A DNA stretch of 64,000 bases from an uncultured Chloroflexia bacterium (GTDB lineage Bacteria > Chloroflexota > Dehalococcoidia > DSTF01 > WHTK01): assembly GCA_963732945.1 (NCBI GenBank), contig CAVTBL010000017.1, positions 257,944-321,943 on the forward strand, in the 5' to 3' direction. Below are positions 10,305-19,627 of the stretch, piece after piece. The translations under genes were made by a program, and so were the position numbers. A model generated the notes under the pieces. That model was not told the origin of the DNA. It saw nothing but the letters and a program-made list of their open reading frames with translations, and did not search any database. Each line of letters opens with the position of its first letter. The first letter of the stretch is position 1.

Positions 10305-10494
10305 TGGCTTCAACCCGACGCGATCGATTTCTTCAACGGCGCCGCTGTTGGCGTGCGCTGACATTACCCGAATACGCAATCGACCAGGAGGTACTCAGTG
10401 CCCGAAGACAGGAGTAGTCATTGACCGCGCAGCGCGTGTCACGGCGCGCCATCGGATACGAAAAGGCAACGGATAGCCACCAAGGAGGCAAGCA

Positions 10495-11223
10495 ATGCGA
10501 AGAAGTATTTTGACCAGCGTGGTGCTCATAGGCGCCGTGCTAGCCCTGGTCATCGGGGCCGGCACCTTCGCCGTGTTCTCCGACCAGGAGAGCATCTCGA
10601 CCGACCCCGCCCACAACCTCGTGGCGGGCTCCGTCGGCATCAAGATCAACCAGGGCACCAACGCCACCAACGGCGACACCAACGGCGTCTCGGACCTCGC
10701 TCTGATCGTCGACGGCCCTGACTCTGGCGCCGGTAACGCCTGCACCGTCACGACCCTGAACAGCGCCCCGCTGCCGACGCCGGTGGCTACGGTCACCGCG
10801 CCGACCGACTTCACCTACTGGGCGCCGGGCGACGAGTGCATAACGACGATCACGGTGAACCGCGGCCTGCCGGACAACGGCACCGTCGCGACCTACCTGG
10901 CCGAGGACCTCTACATCGACGGCATCTCGCTCGGTTCTTCCAACGGCACCTGGACCCAGGGCGCCGGCTCCGACTTCTACCTCGACTGCACCGGCGACGC
11001 TAACGGCTGGCGCGTCCGCATCAGCCCGTTCATCGATGACAGCAGTGGTCACGCCGCGTTCATGCCGGCCGCTGCCGCCGACACGGAGCACTTCACGATC
11101 ACGATCGACTTCGACGTCAACGCGCCGAACACGTGCCAGAACGACGGTCCTCACACCCTGGCTCTGACCGTGCGCACGACGCAGGACACGCTCGACCCGC
11201 ACAACACGAGCGACGCGCCCTAG
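10495..11223 (+). CDS. SipW-dependent signal peptide protein, TasA-like fibre subunit
   Basis: MRRSILTSVVLIGAVLALVIGAGTFAVFSD (GTxAxFxD), NLVAGSVGI, WAPGDEC, APNTCQN; strong AAGGAGG RBS. Confidence 0.85.
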   Translation: MRRSILTSVVLIGAVLALVIGAGTFAVFSDQESISTDPAHNLVAGSVGIKINQGTNATNGDTNGVSDLALIVDGPDSGAGNACTVTTLNSAPLPTPVATVTAPTDFTYWAPGDECITTITVNRGLPDNGTVATYLAEDLYIDGISLGSSNGTWTQGAGSDFYLDCTGDANGWRVRISPFIDDSSGHAAFMPAAAADTEHFTITIDFDVNAPNTCQNDGPHTLALTVRTTQDTLDPHNTSDAP

Positions 11224-11347
11224 CGTGCAGGTGGCCGGTTGGTCTGCAGTATGGAAAGGAGGCAGTAAACATGAGGCGATCTGAGTCAGCTCCGATGCAG
11301 CTTGTCGGGCTGTCACCTTGCCTGCCACGATTCGGGCGGACGGCGCC

Positions 11348-12259
11348 ATGACGCCGCGTTCGGACGAGGACGAGGCCGTGTCGCGCTACGAGGACGAGCG
11401 TCGCGGCGACGAGCCGCGTCGCGATGCGTCTCGCTCGAAGACGGGTCGTAGCGTGCCACCCGCGACGCCGTCGGACGCAAAGCGCCCAACCCTCGACGAA
11501 CTGCTCGGCATCTTCGCAGCCGAGCAGGCTCGCGTCGAGGCGGATGCGCACGCCCCGGCGCCAACGTCGCCCCTCGAGGCCGCATCGGTGACCGATCCGA
11601 TCGATGTCGCGGAGCACCATTCCGCGCGGGACGTCTCCCCGTATGAGGACGAACCCGGCGACGACGAAAACGCTACGCAGCCAGACGGCCGGCGATTCGG
11701 CAAGCTCAGCTTGACAATCGCCTCGTGGGCCGGCGTCCTCGTTGCCGCGCTCACATTCCTGGTGCTCGGCGGGCTGATCCTGGTGCCGCGCGCCATGGGC
11801 TGGCAGGGCATGGTCGTGCTCTCGGGCAGCATGGAGCCGGCGCTCAAGACGGGCGGTCTGGCATTCGTGCAGCCGCTCTCACGCGAGCAGATCGACCGCC
11901 TGAAGCCCGGCGACATCATCACCTTCCGCAACAGCGCCATCGCCGGCCTCGTCAGCCACCGCATCGTCCAGGTGAATCAGGGTGACGGCGGGCCGTCCTT
12001 CGTGACCAAGGGCGACGCCAACCCCCAGCCCGACGACGGCCAGGTTGCTGCCGCAAGTGTCGTCGGCAAGGTCCGCTTCTCTGTGCCCTACCTCGGGCGC
12101 CTGGTGGAACGGCTGCACAACCGCAGCACCTATCTGCTCTTCCTCGGTATACCGGCCGGCCTGCTCATTGCCGGCGAGCTGTGGAACATTGCCTCCGAGC
12201 TACAGCGCGCCCGGCGCGAGAAGACCGCGCACACCGACGTCGAAGGAGCGGTGTCTTGA
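11348..12259 (+). CDS. sipW: Signal peptidase I, SipW/Sec11 type (S26B), with long acidic N-terminal extension
   Basis: VLSGSMEP (Ser), GDIITF, VSHRIV (His), TKGDAN..DD, VVGKV..VPYLG. Confidence 0.92.
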   Translation: MTPRSDEDEAVSRYEDERRGDEPRRDASRSKTGRSVPPATPSDAKRPTLDELLGIFAAEQARVEADAHAPAPTSPLEAASVTDPIDVAEHHSARDVSPYEDEPGDDENATQPDGRRFGKLSLTIASWAGVLVAALTFLVLGGLILVPRAMGWQGMVVLSGSMEPALKTGGLAFVQPLSREQIDRLKPGDIITFRNSAIAGLVSHRIVQVNQGDGGPSFVTKGDANPQPDDGQVAAASVVGKVRFSVPYLGRLVERLHNRSTYLLFLGIPAGLLIAGELWNIASELQRARREKTAHTDVEGAVS

Positions 12260-13032
12260 TCAACCGCCGCGTCCTCCTGCTCGCGTTCTTCGTATTGGCC
12301 CTGGCAGCCGTCATTGTGCTGCCGGCCGCCATGCGCGGTACTTACGCGATCCAGACGGACGAGGAGCACGCGGCGGGCAATGTCACAGCCGGCGAATGGA
12401 CCACGCTCGCAGTCAGCGTGGCCTACGCGCCCACGGGTTCAGGCCCGGTCAGCGTCACGCTGAGCTGCACCGGCACCGGCGTCACGATCCTGAGCCTGAA
12501 CCCCCAGACGATCACACCCGGCACACCCGGCTACTTCCGCATCACCCGTAACCCGAGTGTCAACGCCTCATGCTCTGCAGTCGAGGACACGGTCCCGGCC
12601 GGCTACACCGCCGATCAGGCCTGCGAATCGCTATCGCTAAGCACGATTACGGCTAGCTGCACGATCACGAACACCCAGGACACCGGCACGGTCACTATCC
12701 ACGTCGCGGGCGGCCTCGGCACGGCATCGTTCGGCTTCACGACCGACCTGCCGGCGACCTGTACGCCTGATAACGCCGCGAACTTCACGCTCGATAACGA
12801 CGGCACGACGAGCACGTACTCAGACACCGAGACCTGCTCGGGCATCACGACGGGCGTCTACCACGTGACGGAGTCGTCCCTGCCGCCGACCTGGCAGATC
12901 GGCGACATCAGCTGCACGGAGTCCGGCGGCAACAGCGTGGCTAATACGACGCACGACACCACCAGCGTGACGGTTCACCTCGAGAAGGGCGAGACCGTGG
13001 AGTGCACCTTCACGAACGATCAGCCCGCCTAG
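12256..13032 (+). CDS. SipW-dependent secreted protein with Cys-containing prealbumin/SpaA-like beta-sandwich domains
   Basis: GTYAIQTD..GNVTAGEW signal motif; CTITNT, GVYHVTE..W.IGDISC, LEKGETVECTFTN; overlaps the sipW stop and has an AAGGAG RBS. Confidence 0.75.
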   Translation: MINRRVLLLAFFVLALAAVIVLPAAMRGTYAIQTDEEHAAGNVTAGEWTTLAVSVAYAPTGSGPVSVTLSCTGTGVTILSLNPQTITPGTPGYFRITRNPSVNASCSAVEDTVPAGYTADQACESLSLSTITASCTITNTQDTGTVTIHVAGGLGTASFGFTTDLPATCTPDNAANFTLDNDGTTSTYSDTETCSGITTGVYHVTESSLPPTWQIGDISCTESGGNSVANTTHDTTSVTVHLEKGETVECTFTNDQPA

Positions 13033-13123
13033 GGCGCCCGTTACCGACCCGAAATACAGACGTTATCTGCCGTTCATTCCGACGCAACGCCGCCTGCCTA
13101 TAGTCACGTGCGGGAGGTCTGCC

Positions 13124-13372
13124 ATGATTGCAGCCCAGCTCGGCCTCGGCGTCGCGACGATCGTGTTCGTTGCCTCGAATGCGCTCTCGGCGCGTGCGAC
13201 ACGAGACGACGCCGCATCACACACAGGCGACGCGCTGTCGGACGAAAAGGCCGCGGCCATCGCCGAAGCGCAGTCGTTGCTCGACAACGTCCTGCCGCCC
13301 GCAACGCACCGTCAACATCAAGCAGTCATGCTCGAGCACAACGGCCTCGCCGCTCGGCGGCGCCTCGCCTGA
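13124..13372 (+). CDS. Small hypothetical protein with hydrophobic N-terminus
   Basis: GGAGG RBS precedes the ATG; fills the gap between the operon and fusA2. Confidence 0.5.
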   Translation: MIAAQLGLGVATIVFVASNALSARATRDDAASHTGDALSDEKAAAIAEAQSLLDNVLPPATHRQHQAVMLEHNGLAARRRLA

Positions 13373-13478
13373 CGGAAACGACCCTCACAGGGGAACACGG
13401 GGACCACTAATCTCCGTCCTGCGCTGACTCGTGCTCCAGATCGGCACCCGCGCCCGGCGGGAGCCCCGCGCCCAACCG

Positions 13479-15530
13479 CTAGGTTGCGTGCTCCTTGGCT
13501 GCGGCCTCGATGACCTTCTTCGCTACGTGTTCCGGGACCTCTTCGTAGTGGTCGAAGCTGATCTCGAAGGTGGCGCGGCCCTGGGTTAGCGAGCGCAGGT
13601 CCGTGGCGTAGTGCTGCATCTCGGCCAGCGGCGCCTGCGCGTCGATCACCGTCACCTTGTCGTCCGGCGTGATGCCCAGCACGCGCGCGCGCTTGCCGTT
13701 GAGGTCAGAAACGAGGTCACCGGTGTAGCTCTCCGGTGTCCGGACGCGCACGTTGACGATCGGCTCCAGTAGGACGGGCCTCGCCTTGGAAGCGCACGCT
13801 TTGAGGGCCTGCGAGCCGGCGAGCTTGAACGCCATTTCCGACGAGTCGACCGGGTGCTCCTTGCCGTCGATTAGGCTGACGCGGATGTCGACGACCTGAC
13901 TGTGTGCCAGGATGCCCTCGCTCAGGGCCTCGTGCACGCCGTTCTCGACCGCCGGGACGTAGTGGCGCGGCACCGAGCCTCCGACCGTCTTGTTGACGAA
14001 CTCGAAGCCCGAACCGCGCTCCAGCGGCTCGATCTCAATCGTTACTTTGGCGTACTGGCCGTGACCGCCCGTCTGCTTCTTGTGCGTGTACTCGGCGGAC
14101 GAGTGCGCCGTCAGCGTCTCCTTGTAAGGCACGCGCGGCGTCTGATAGGCGATGTCGGCGCCGAACTTACGCCTCATCTTCTCGCAGGCGATTTCGACGT
14201 GCGACTCGCCGAGGCCCGCGAGGATGGTCTCGCCGGTGTCGGGGTCACGGTGCACCTGCAGGATCGGGTCCTCTTCGACGATGCGGGCCAGCGCCGAGCT
14301 CATCTTCTCCGTATCGGCCTTCGACTTGGGGAAGACGGCGACGCTGAACACGGGCTGCGGGAAATGGATCGGCGGCAGCTTCACCGGCGCATCCTTCGAG
14401 GTCAACGTGTCGCTGGTCAGCGTCTCGGCGAGCTTGGCCACCGCGCCGATATCGCCGGCGACCAGCTCGTGCGCCGGCTCCTGGTTCTTGCCGTGGATGA
14501 CATACAGGGTGCCAACGCGTTCGTCGACGCCGTGGTTGGCGTTCCAGACGTGGGAGTCGGCATGCAGTGTGCCGGAGAACACGCGCAGGTAGGTCAGCTT
14601 GCCGACGTAGGGGTCGGCCGTCGTCTTGAACACCTGCGCCGCCAGCGGGCCATTGGGGTCGGCTTTGATTTCGCTGCCGTCCTCCAGCCTGACCGGCTCG
14701 TCGGCGGGCGACGGAAAGAACTCTGCGATCGCGTCGAGGAAGTGCGACACGCCAATCGTCTTGGTCGACGACGCCGCGAACACCGGCACGAGGTCGCCGT
14801 GGTTGATGCCCATCGCCAGGCCCTTGCGCACGTCCTCTGGCGAGAGGTCGGCGGTCTCGAGGTACTTTTCCAGCAGCTCCTCGTCGTTCTCGGCGACGGC
14901 CTCGAGCAGCTGGCTGCGCAGCGATTCGACCTCGGCAGCCATCGCCGCGGGCACCTCGCCCTCGACACCCTTTTCGCCGGTGTATGCCTTCATGTCTATC
15001 AGGTCGATGACGCCCGAGAAGGCGTCCTGCGAGCCGATAGGCAGGTAGACGGGCACGCAACGGCGGCTGAGCGAGTCCTGGATCTGACGCAGCGCAGCGC
15101 CGAAGTCCGCGTTTTCGCGGTCGAGGCGGTTGATGAGGATTGCTTTCGGGACATCGCGCTCGTTCGCCATCTGCCAGGCCAGCTCGGTGCCGACCTGCAC
15201 GCCCGAGGCCGCGCACACAACGATCACCGCCGTGTCCGCCGCCGCGAGGCCGCTGTAGGCGTCGCCGATGAAGTCGGCATAGCCGGGCGCGTCGATCAGG
15301 TTGAGCTTGTCGCCCTTCCACTCGATCGGCAGCAGCGAGGCGTTGATGCTGACCTTGCGCTTGATCTCGTCCGGGTCGAAGTCGGACGACGTGGTGCCGT
15401 CATCGACCCTGCCCAGGCGGTTGATGGCGCCACTAACAAACAAGGCGGCCTCGGCAAAAGACGTCTTGCCGGTGCCGCCATGTCCCAGGAGAACGAGGTT
15501 ACGAATCTTCTCTGTAGGGTAGTCCTTCAT
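13479..15530 (-). CDS. fusA: Elongation factor G paralogue (EF-G2), outside the str operon
   Basis: GHGGTGKT, DAPG, NRLD, HKKQTGGHGQY, DSSEMAFK; 683 aa. Confidence 0.95.
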   Translation of the reverse strand: MKDYPTEKIRNLVLLGHGGTGKTSFAEAALFVSGAINRLGRVDDGTTSSDFDPDEIKRKVSINASLLPIEWKGDKLNLIDAPGYADFIGDAYSGLAAADTAVIVVCAASGVQVGTELAWQMANERDVPKAILINRLDRENADFGAALRQIQDSLSRRCVPVYLPIGSQDAFSGVIDLIDMKAYTGEKGVEGEVPAAMAAEVESLRSQLLEAVAENDEELLEKYLETADLSPEDVRKGLAMGINHGDLVPVFAASSTKTIGVSHFLDAIAEFFPSPADEPVRLEDGSEIKADPNGPLAAQVFKTTADPYVGKLTYLRVFSGTLHADSHVWNANHGVDERVGTLYVIHGKNQEPAHELVAGDIGAVAKLAETLTSDTLTSKDAPVKLPPIHFPQPVFSVAVFPKSKADTEKMSSALARIVEEDPILQVHRDPDTGETILAGLGESHVEIACEKMRRKFGADIAYQTPRVPYKETLTAHSSAEYTHKKQTGGHGQYAKVTIEIEPLERGSGFEFVNKTVGGSVPRHYVPAVENGVHEALSEGILAHSQVVDIRVSLIDGKEHPVDSSEMAFKLAGSQALKACASKARPVLLEPIVNVRVRTPESYTGDLVSDLNGKRARVLGITPDDKVTVIDAQAPLAEMQHYATDLRSLTQGRATFEISFDHYEEVPEHVAKKVIEAAAKEHAT

Positions 15531-15888
15531 GAATCAATCCTCTTTGTCGCAGTACTCGAGGTGTCAATTCGGGGTTAACGCGAATTCTAGACCCAGCCTC
15601 TCAACCCCGGCAACTCATTGGCATGAAGGCGCGCTCTGCCGCCCAACGCCGAACACCTCTCTTCCAGAATGCGACGCGACTCAGTCCTCGACAAGGGAAG
15701 CGCATCTCCGTGGATGCAACGCGGCGATGCGGCAAAACGCCGCGACGCCACCAGACGAAGTCCCCTCTCCCGGACGAGAGGGATAGGGTGAGGGGATAGA
15801 TGACGCCTCGTTGGCTGCGAGCGTCGCATGCGCCCACAAGACGTCGAAGGTTGGTGTTCAGACGTCGTTGCGGCTTTGGTGTTAACAA

Positions 15889-16043
15889 CCCTGCAGGATG
15901 AATCCTGCAGCTACCGCAGACGCAACACCGTCAGACTCGAGACGTGTAGTCCTGCGACGTTGTGAATCCTGCCCTCGGCAACAACCGCACGCCGCGTCGT
16001 CTGACTCCGGCTCCGTAGCCTCTTGCGACAGCACGATCAGAAA
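15889..16043 (-). repeat. ~155-bp composite repeat, full copy
   Basis: TTCTGATCGTGCTGTCGCAAGAGGCT ... GCAGGATTCA ... GCGGTAGCTGCAGGATTCATCCTGCAGGG; colinear with copies at 18565 and 35991. Confidence 0.85.
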
Positions 16044-16089
16044 GACCCGAGCGTGGTCGGCTCGGGTCTTTGGCTACGAGATGTGACGT

Positions 16090-16341
16090 TTAGTCTTGTT
16101 TCGGTAGCGGCTTCAGAGCCAGGGCGCCGTGGGTTGGCGTCAGGTTCTGCTTTTCGGCGCGACGAATCGGGCTCACCTTCGAGTTCGCGTCCTCGGCGAC
16201 CAGCTCCTCGCGCAGTACTGCGACGTCGGCAGGCGCCTGGATGCCCAGCTTGACGCGGTCGCGTTCGACGCCGAGAACCATGATCGTGATGTTGCCCTGG
16301 ATGATGATCGACTGGTCGATCTTACGTGTCAGTATCAGCAT
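16090..16341 (-). CDS. csrA: Carbon storage regulator CsrA
   Basis: MLILTRKIDQSIII..VKLGIQAPADVAVLREEL. Confidence 0.93.
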   Translation of the reverse strand: MLILTRKIDQSIIIQGNITIMVLGVERDRVKLGIQAPADVAVLREELVAEDANSKVSPIRRAEKQNLTPTHGALALKPLPKQD

Positions 16342-16543
16342 GCCTCACCCTTGTTTCCGTCCGATAGGCTGCTTGCCGTAGCGGAGCTTCATCCTGCTCG
16401 CATGTATGTATCGGCAGCTACGGAGAGGCAGAGTAGGGGTTTGGCCATTGGCATGGCGGCGAACTACGCGCAAAGTCTGTTGAATAGCGGTTGCCGGTTG
16501 AAGACCGACCGAGCGTCGCGTCCTTGCCGGACGAGCTTCCGCT

Positions 16544-16885
16544 TCAGGCGAGCAGGTCTGAAATCGAGGCCTTGAGGGAGGCCGGCGTGAACGGCTTCAG
16601 GAGCACCCCGTCCGGCCGCAACTCCTCCGGCGGTTCCAGGCCCGTAAGCATCAGAACCGGAATCGAGCTCGTCTGCTCGCTGGCGCGCAGGCGTCGCAGA
16701 ACCTCGGCGCCGCTCATACCCGGCAGCCCGACATCGAGCAGGATCAGATCGGGGCGCACCTCGTCGATCGACTCCAGGGCCGCGCGACCGTCAACCGCCG
16801 CGTCCACCTCGCACTCGCCGGCCAGGCTTGCGGCCACCAGCGCCCGCACCACGGGCTCGTCGTCTACAACCAGAACACGTTTCAT
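16544..16885 (-). CDS. Single-domain response regulator (CheY-like)
   Basis: VLVVDDE, ILLDVGLPGMSG, LTG, KPF. Confidence 0.92.
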   Translation of the reverse strand: MKRVLVVDDEPVVRALVAASLAGECEVDAAVDGRAALESIDEVRPDLILLDVGLPGMSGAEVLRRLRASEQTSSIPVLMLTGLEPPEELRPDGVLLKPFTPASLKASISDLLA

Positions 16886-16889
16886 TTCG

Positions 16890-16980
16890 AGTTGTCAGTT
16901 CTCGGTCATCAGTTGTCAGTAGTCGGTCACCGTATTCGCACACGTCGAACTGATGACTGACAACCGTGAACTGATCACTT
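16890..16980. repeat. Inverted arrays of degenerate heptamers forming a long hairpin
   Basis: (GTTGTCA/GTTCTCG/GTCATCA)n followed by the complementary AACTGATGACTGACAACCGTGAACTGA. Confidence 0.7.
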
Positions 16981-17232
16981 CTACGCTACGTCGCGGTCCC
17001 AGCCCGGGACCGGGTGCTTGGCGACGATGCTGTGTACTTCTTCGCCGGCGCCGTAGACCAGGCAGTCCTGGTAGGTGCTGTAGATAGCGCGGTCCAGCAG
17101 GCGCAGGCCCAGCGGGTTGAGGTCGTCGCGGTACTCGCGACGTAGCCGGATCAGGCGTTCGAGTCTCCGAATGAAGAGTGCTTTAGTCTGACCCCCAGTC
17201 GGCGACTGAGAGTGCATCTCCCCTGGCTTCAT
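16981..17232 (-). CDS. Hypothetical protein (83 aa)
   Basis: GAGGAG RBS; co-oriented between two response regulators. Confidence 0.7.
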   Translation of the reverse strand: MKPGEMHSQSPTGGQTKALFIRRLERLIRLRREYRDDLNPLGLRLLDRAIYSTYQDCLVYGAGEEVHSIVAKHPVPGWDRDVA

Positions 17233-17295
17233 GCGAGCGGGCTCCTCTATGTAGGAATCGATGCCGGTGCTGCCGGCGTCACGCGTCTTCGAAAA

Positions 17296-18045
17296 CTAGT
17301 CCTCGCCCTCGACGGGCACCGCGTCCAGCGCCACGAGTCCTTTGCGCAGCGCGTAGCGGATGAGGTCGGTGCGGTTGCGAGCGTGCAGCTTGGTCATGAT
17401 GTGGGCGCGGTGCGCTTCCACCGTCTTGACGCTGATGTACAGCTCTTCGGCGATCTTCTGGTTGGAGGCGCCCTCAGCGATGAGCTGCAGCACTTCGCGC
17501 TCGCGCGCCGTCAGCAGGTCGTAGCCGACGCGGCCCGAGTTGCTTTTGAGCTGCCACAGGTAGTCGGTGAGGTCGCCGTCGCCGATGCTCGAGCTGAAGT
17601 ACGGGTTGCCGCGGTGCACGGCCTGAATGCCGAGCAGCAGCTCGTCGAGCTCCGACTTCTTGATTACGTAACCGGAGGCGCCGGCCTTGAGCGCGCCTGC
17701 GACGTGCTCGTCTTCCATGTAGCCGGTGAGCATGAGGACCTTGGTCTTCGGCAGGCGGCGCCGGATCTGGCGCGTCGCCTCGATGCCGTTGAGGCCGGGC
17801 ATCACCGTGTCCATGAGGACGACGTCGGGCAGCAGCTGCTCCGCGAGGTCGACGGCTTCGCGGCCGTTCGAGGCCTCGCCTACGACCTCGAGGCCCTGCT
17901 GGGCTTCGAGCATGTAGCGCAGCGCCTGCCGCAGAACGGCGTGGTCGTCGACTACGAGTACGCGAATGGGAGGGTTGGCCACGCTGCGCGATTGATTTTC
18001 GGCACGTGCGCCTAAGGGCGTCGATGTGGCGGGAATACGGTTCAT
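17296..18045 (-). CDS. NarL/LuxR family response regulator
   Basis: VLVVDDH..VVLMD REC domain; LTAREREVLQLIAEG..TVEAHR HTH; AAGGAG before the ATG at 18045. Confidence 0.95.
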   Translation of the reverse strand: MNRIPATSTPLGARAENQSRSVANPPIRVLVVDDHAVLRQALRYMLEAQQGLEVVGEASNGREAVDLAEQLLPDVVLMDTVMPGLNGIEATRQIRRRLPKTKVLMLTGYMEDEHVAGALKAGASGYVIKKSELDELLLGIQAVHRGNPYFSSSIGDGDLTDYLWQLKSNSGRVGYDLLTAREREVLQLIAEGASNQKIAEELYISVKTVEAHRAHIMTKLHARNRTDLIRYALRKGLVALDAVPVEGED

Positions 18046-18119
18046 GAGGGCTCCTTGCTTAACCGTCGTACTCTCGCGTTCCTGCCGAAACGTCAAGAGA
18101 CCCGCCGGTTTACCTTTTA

Positions 18120-18377
18120 TCACGATCGCGATTCACCCGGCAAGCTCATCTCTGCATCTTGCGGCGAAGTGGCGACGGACGACGGCCGTGCCCCGCCGAC
18201 GGCCGTCGCCACGCCTTGGAGATGTCTCGCTTCAGGTTCAACGCCCGGATCGAGGTCGTCGAGAACCGCCGGGTACACCCGCGTGGCGCCGCACTTGCGA
18301 CAGCTGGCCTGAATCGCGCCGGCGTTCGGCTGACCCAGGACCCAGTGGTGTGCGCAAGTAACCGTTGTTGCTTCCAT
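18120..18377 (-). CDS. Small putative Zn-binding protein (CxHxW...CxxCG)
   Basis: CAHHWVLGQPNAGAIQASCRKCGATRVYP; GGAG before the ATG at 18377. Confidence 0.65.
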   Translation of the reverse strand: MEATTVTCAHHWVLGQPNAGAIQASCRKCGATRVYPAVLDDLDPGVEPEARHLQGVATAVGGARPSSVATSPQDAEMSLPGESRS

Positions 18378-18564
18378 GTCGGTTGTCTCCGCCGTGCTCT
18401 TCATTCGACTGCCGCATCGTAAGCAGCGCCGAACGGCGTCAACATAGGGTGAAACCCCTAACTTCGCGGCGGCCCCGCCCCACAATGCCCGCCCACCACT
18501 GGCAAAGGGCAGACCGGCAAACCAACAAAAGGCCCGAGCCGACGTCGCATCTGCGTGCTGGCCA

Positions 18565-18716
18565 CCCTGCAGGATGATCCCGCAGCTACCGCCGACGCAC
18601 CGCCTTAGACTCGAACCGTCCGGCCCCGCGACGCGATGAACCCTGCCCTCGGAAACAACCGCACCTCGCGGCGTCTGGTTCAGGCCTCGAAGCCTCTTGC
18701 GACAGCGCGATCAGAA
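18565..18716 (-). repeat. ~155-bp composite repeat, full copy, supplying the ABC ATPase stop codon
   Basis: TTC-TGA-TCGCGCTGTCGCAAGAGGCT ... GCGGTAGCTGCGGGATCATCCTGCAGGG. Confidence 0.85.
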
Positions 18717-19550
18717 GACGCGGCCGATCGGCACGATGACCATCTCGATGCCGTCGGGACCGCTCATGATGCGACCCTCGACGCCGAAGACTTCTCGCAG
18801 CGTGTCGGGCGTGAGTACCGACGATGGCGGTCCGTCCTTGTAGATCTCACCGCCTTTCAGCACGACGACCCGGTTCGAGTAGCGTGCCGCCTGGTTGAGG
18901 TCGTGCAGCACCATGACGACCGTGAGGCCGTGCTGGCGGTTGAGGTAACGGATCAGGTCCAGGACCTCGAGCTGATGATTCAGGTCGAGGAAAGTCGTCG
19001 GCTCGTCGAGCAGGAGGACGCGCGGTTGCTGCGCGATCGCCATCGCCAGCCAGACGCGCTGGCGTTCGCCTCCCGAGAGCGTCTGGACCTGGCGCCCGAC
19101 CAGCCCGCCGATGCTGGTCTCGCGAATCGCGGAGTCGACCGCCTCGTCGTCCTCTGGCGTCGGTATGCCGAGGATGCCCTGGTGCGGGCTGCGTCCCATG
19201 CGTACCAGCTCCTCGACCGTGAGGTCGGCCGAGAGCGTCGGGCCCTGCGGCAGCAGCGCCAGACGACGCGCGATCTCTCGCGTCGGCCAGTCGCGCATCG
19301 AGCGGCCGTCCAGGTAGACGACGCCGGAGCGGGGCTTCAGCACTCGCCCGAGCACGCGCAGCAGAGTCGACTTGCCGGAGCCGTTGGGCCCCACCAGCGC
19401 CACGACCTCGCCCTCTGCCACGTCGAGGCTGAGGGCGCGCAGCACCAGCTCTCGCGTCGCCGGATAGCCCGCGTCGAGCGCCTCAGCGCCGAGCTTTCGA
19501 GGTTGCGGTGCTTGCTCTATCGCCATGTCTCGGCTGTTAGCTCCTGGCAT
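18711..19550 (-). CDS. Iron-chelate/cobalamin ABC transporter ATPase (FepC/FecE-like)
   Basis: GPNGSGKS, LSGGERQR, LLLDEPT, LHDLN. Confidence 0.93.
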   Translation of the reverse strand: MPGANSRDMAIEQAPQPRKLGAEALDAGYPATRELVLRALSLDVAEGEVVALVGPNGSGKSTLLRVLGRVLKPRSGVVYLDGRSMRDWPTREIARRLALLPQGPTLSADLTVEELVRMGRSPHQGILGIPTPEDDEAVDSAIRETSIGGLVGRQVQTLSGGERQRVWLAMAIAQQPRVLLLDEPTTFLDLNHQLEVLDLIRYLNRQHGLTVVMVLHDLNQAARYSNRVVVLKGGEIYKDGPPSSVLTPDTLREVFGVEGRIMSGPDGIEMVIVPIGRVF

Positions 19551-19627
19551 TTAGCTTCTGGCCGATGCCTGACCTCGTCCATTCATCTTTGCCGTTTGCC
19601 CGTTTGTCAGTTTCCGCGCGAAGCGCC

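Noticed and set aside
10305-10494. c-di-GMP riboswitch before the TasA-like subunit
   Set aside because: The class I and II consensus elements could not be matched.
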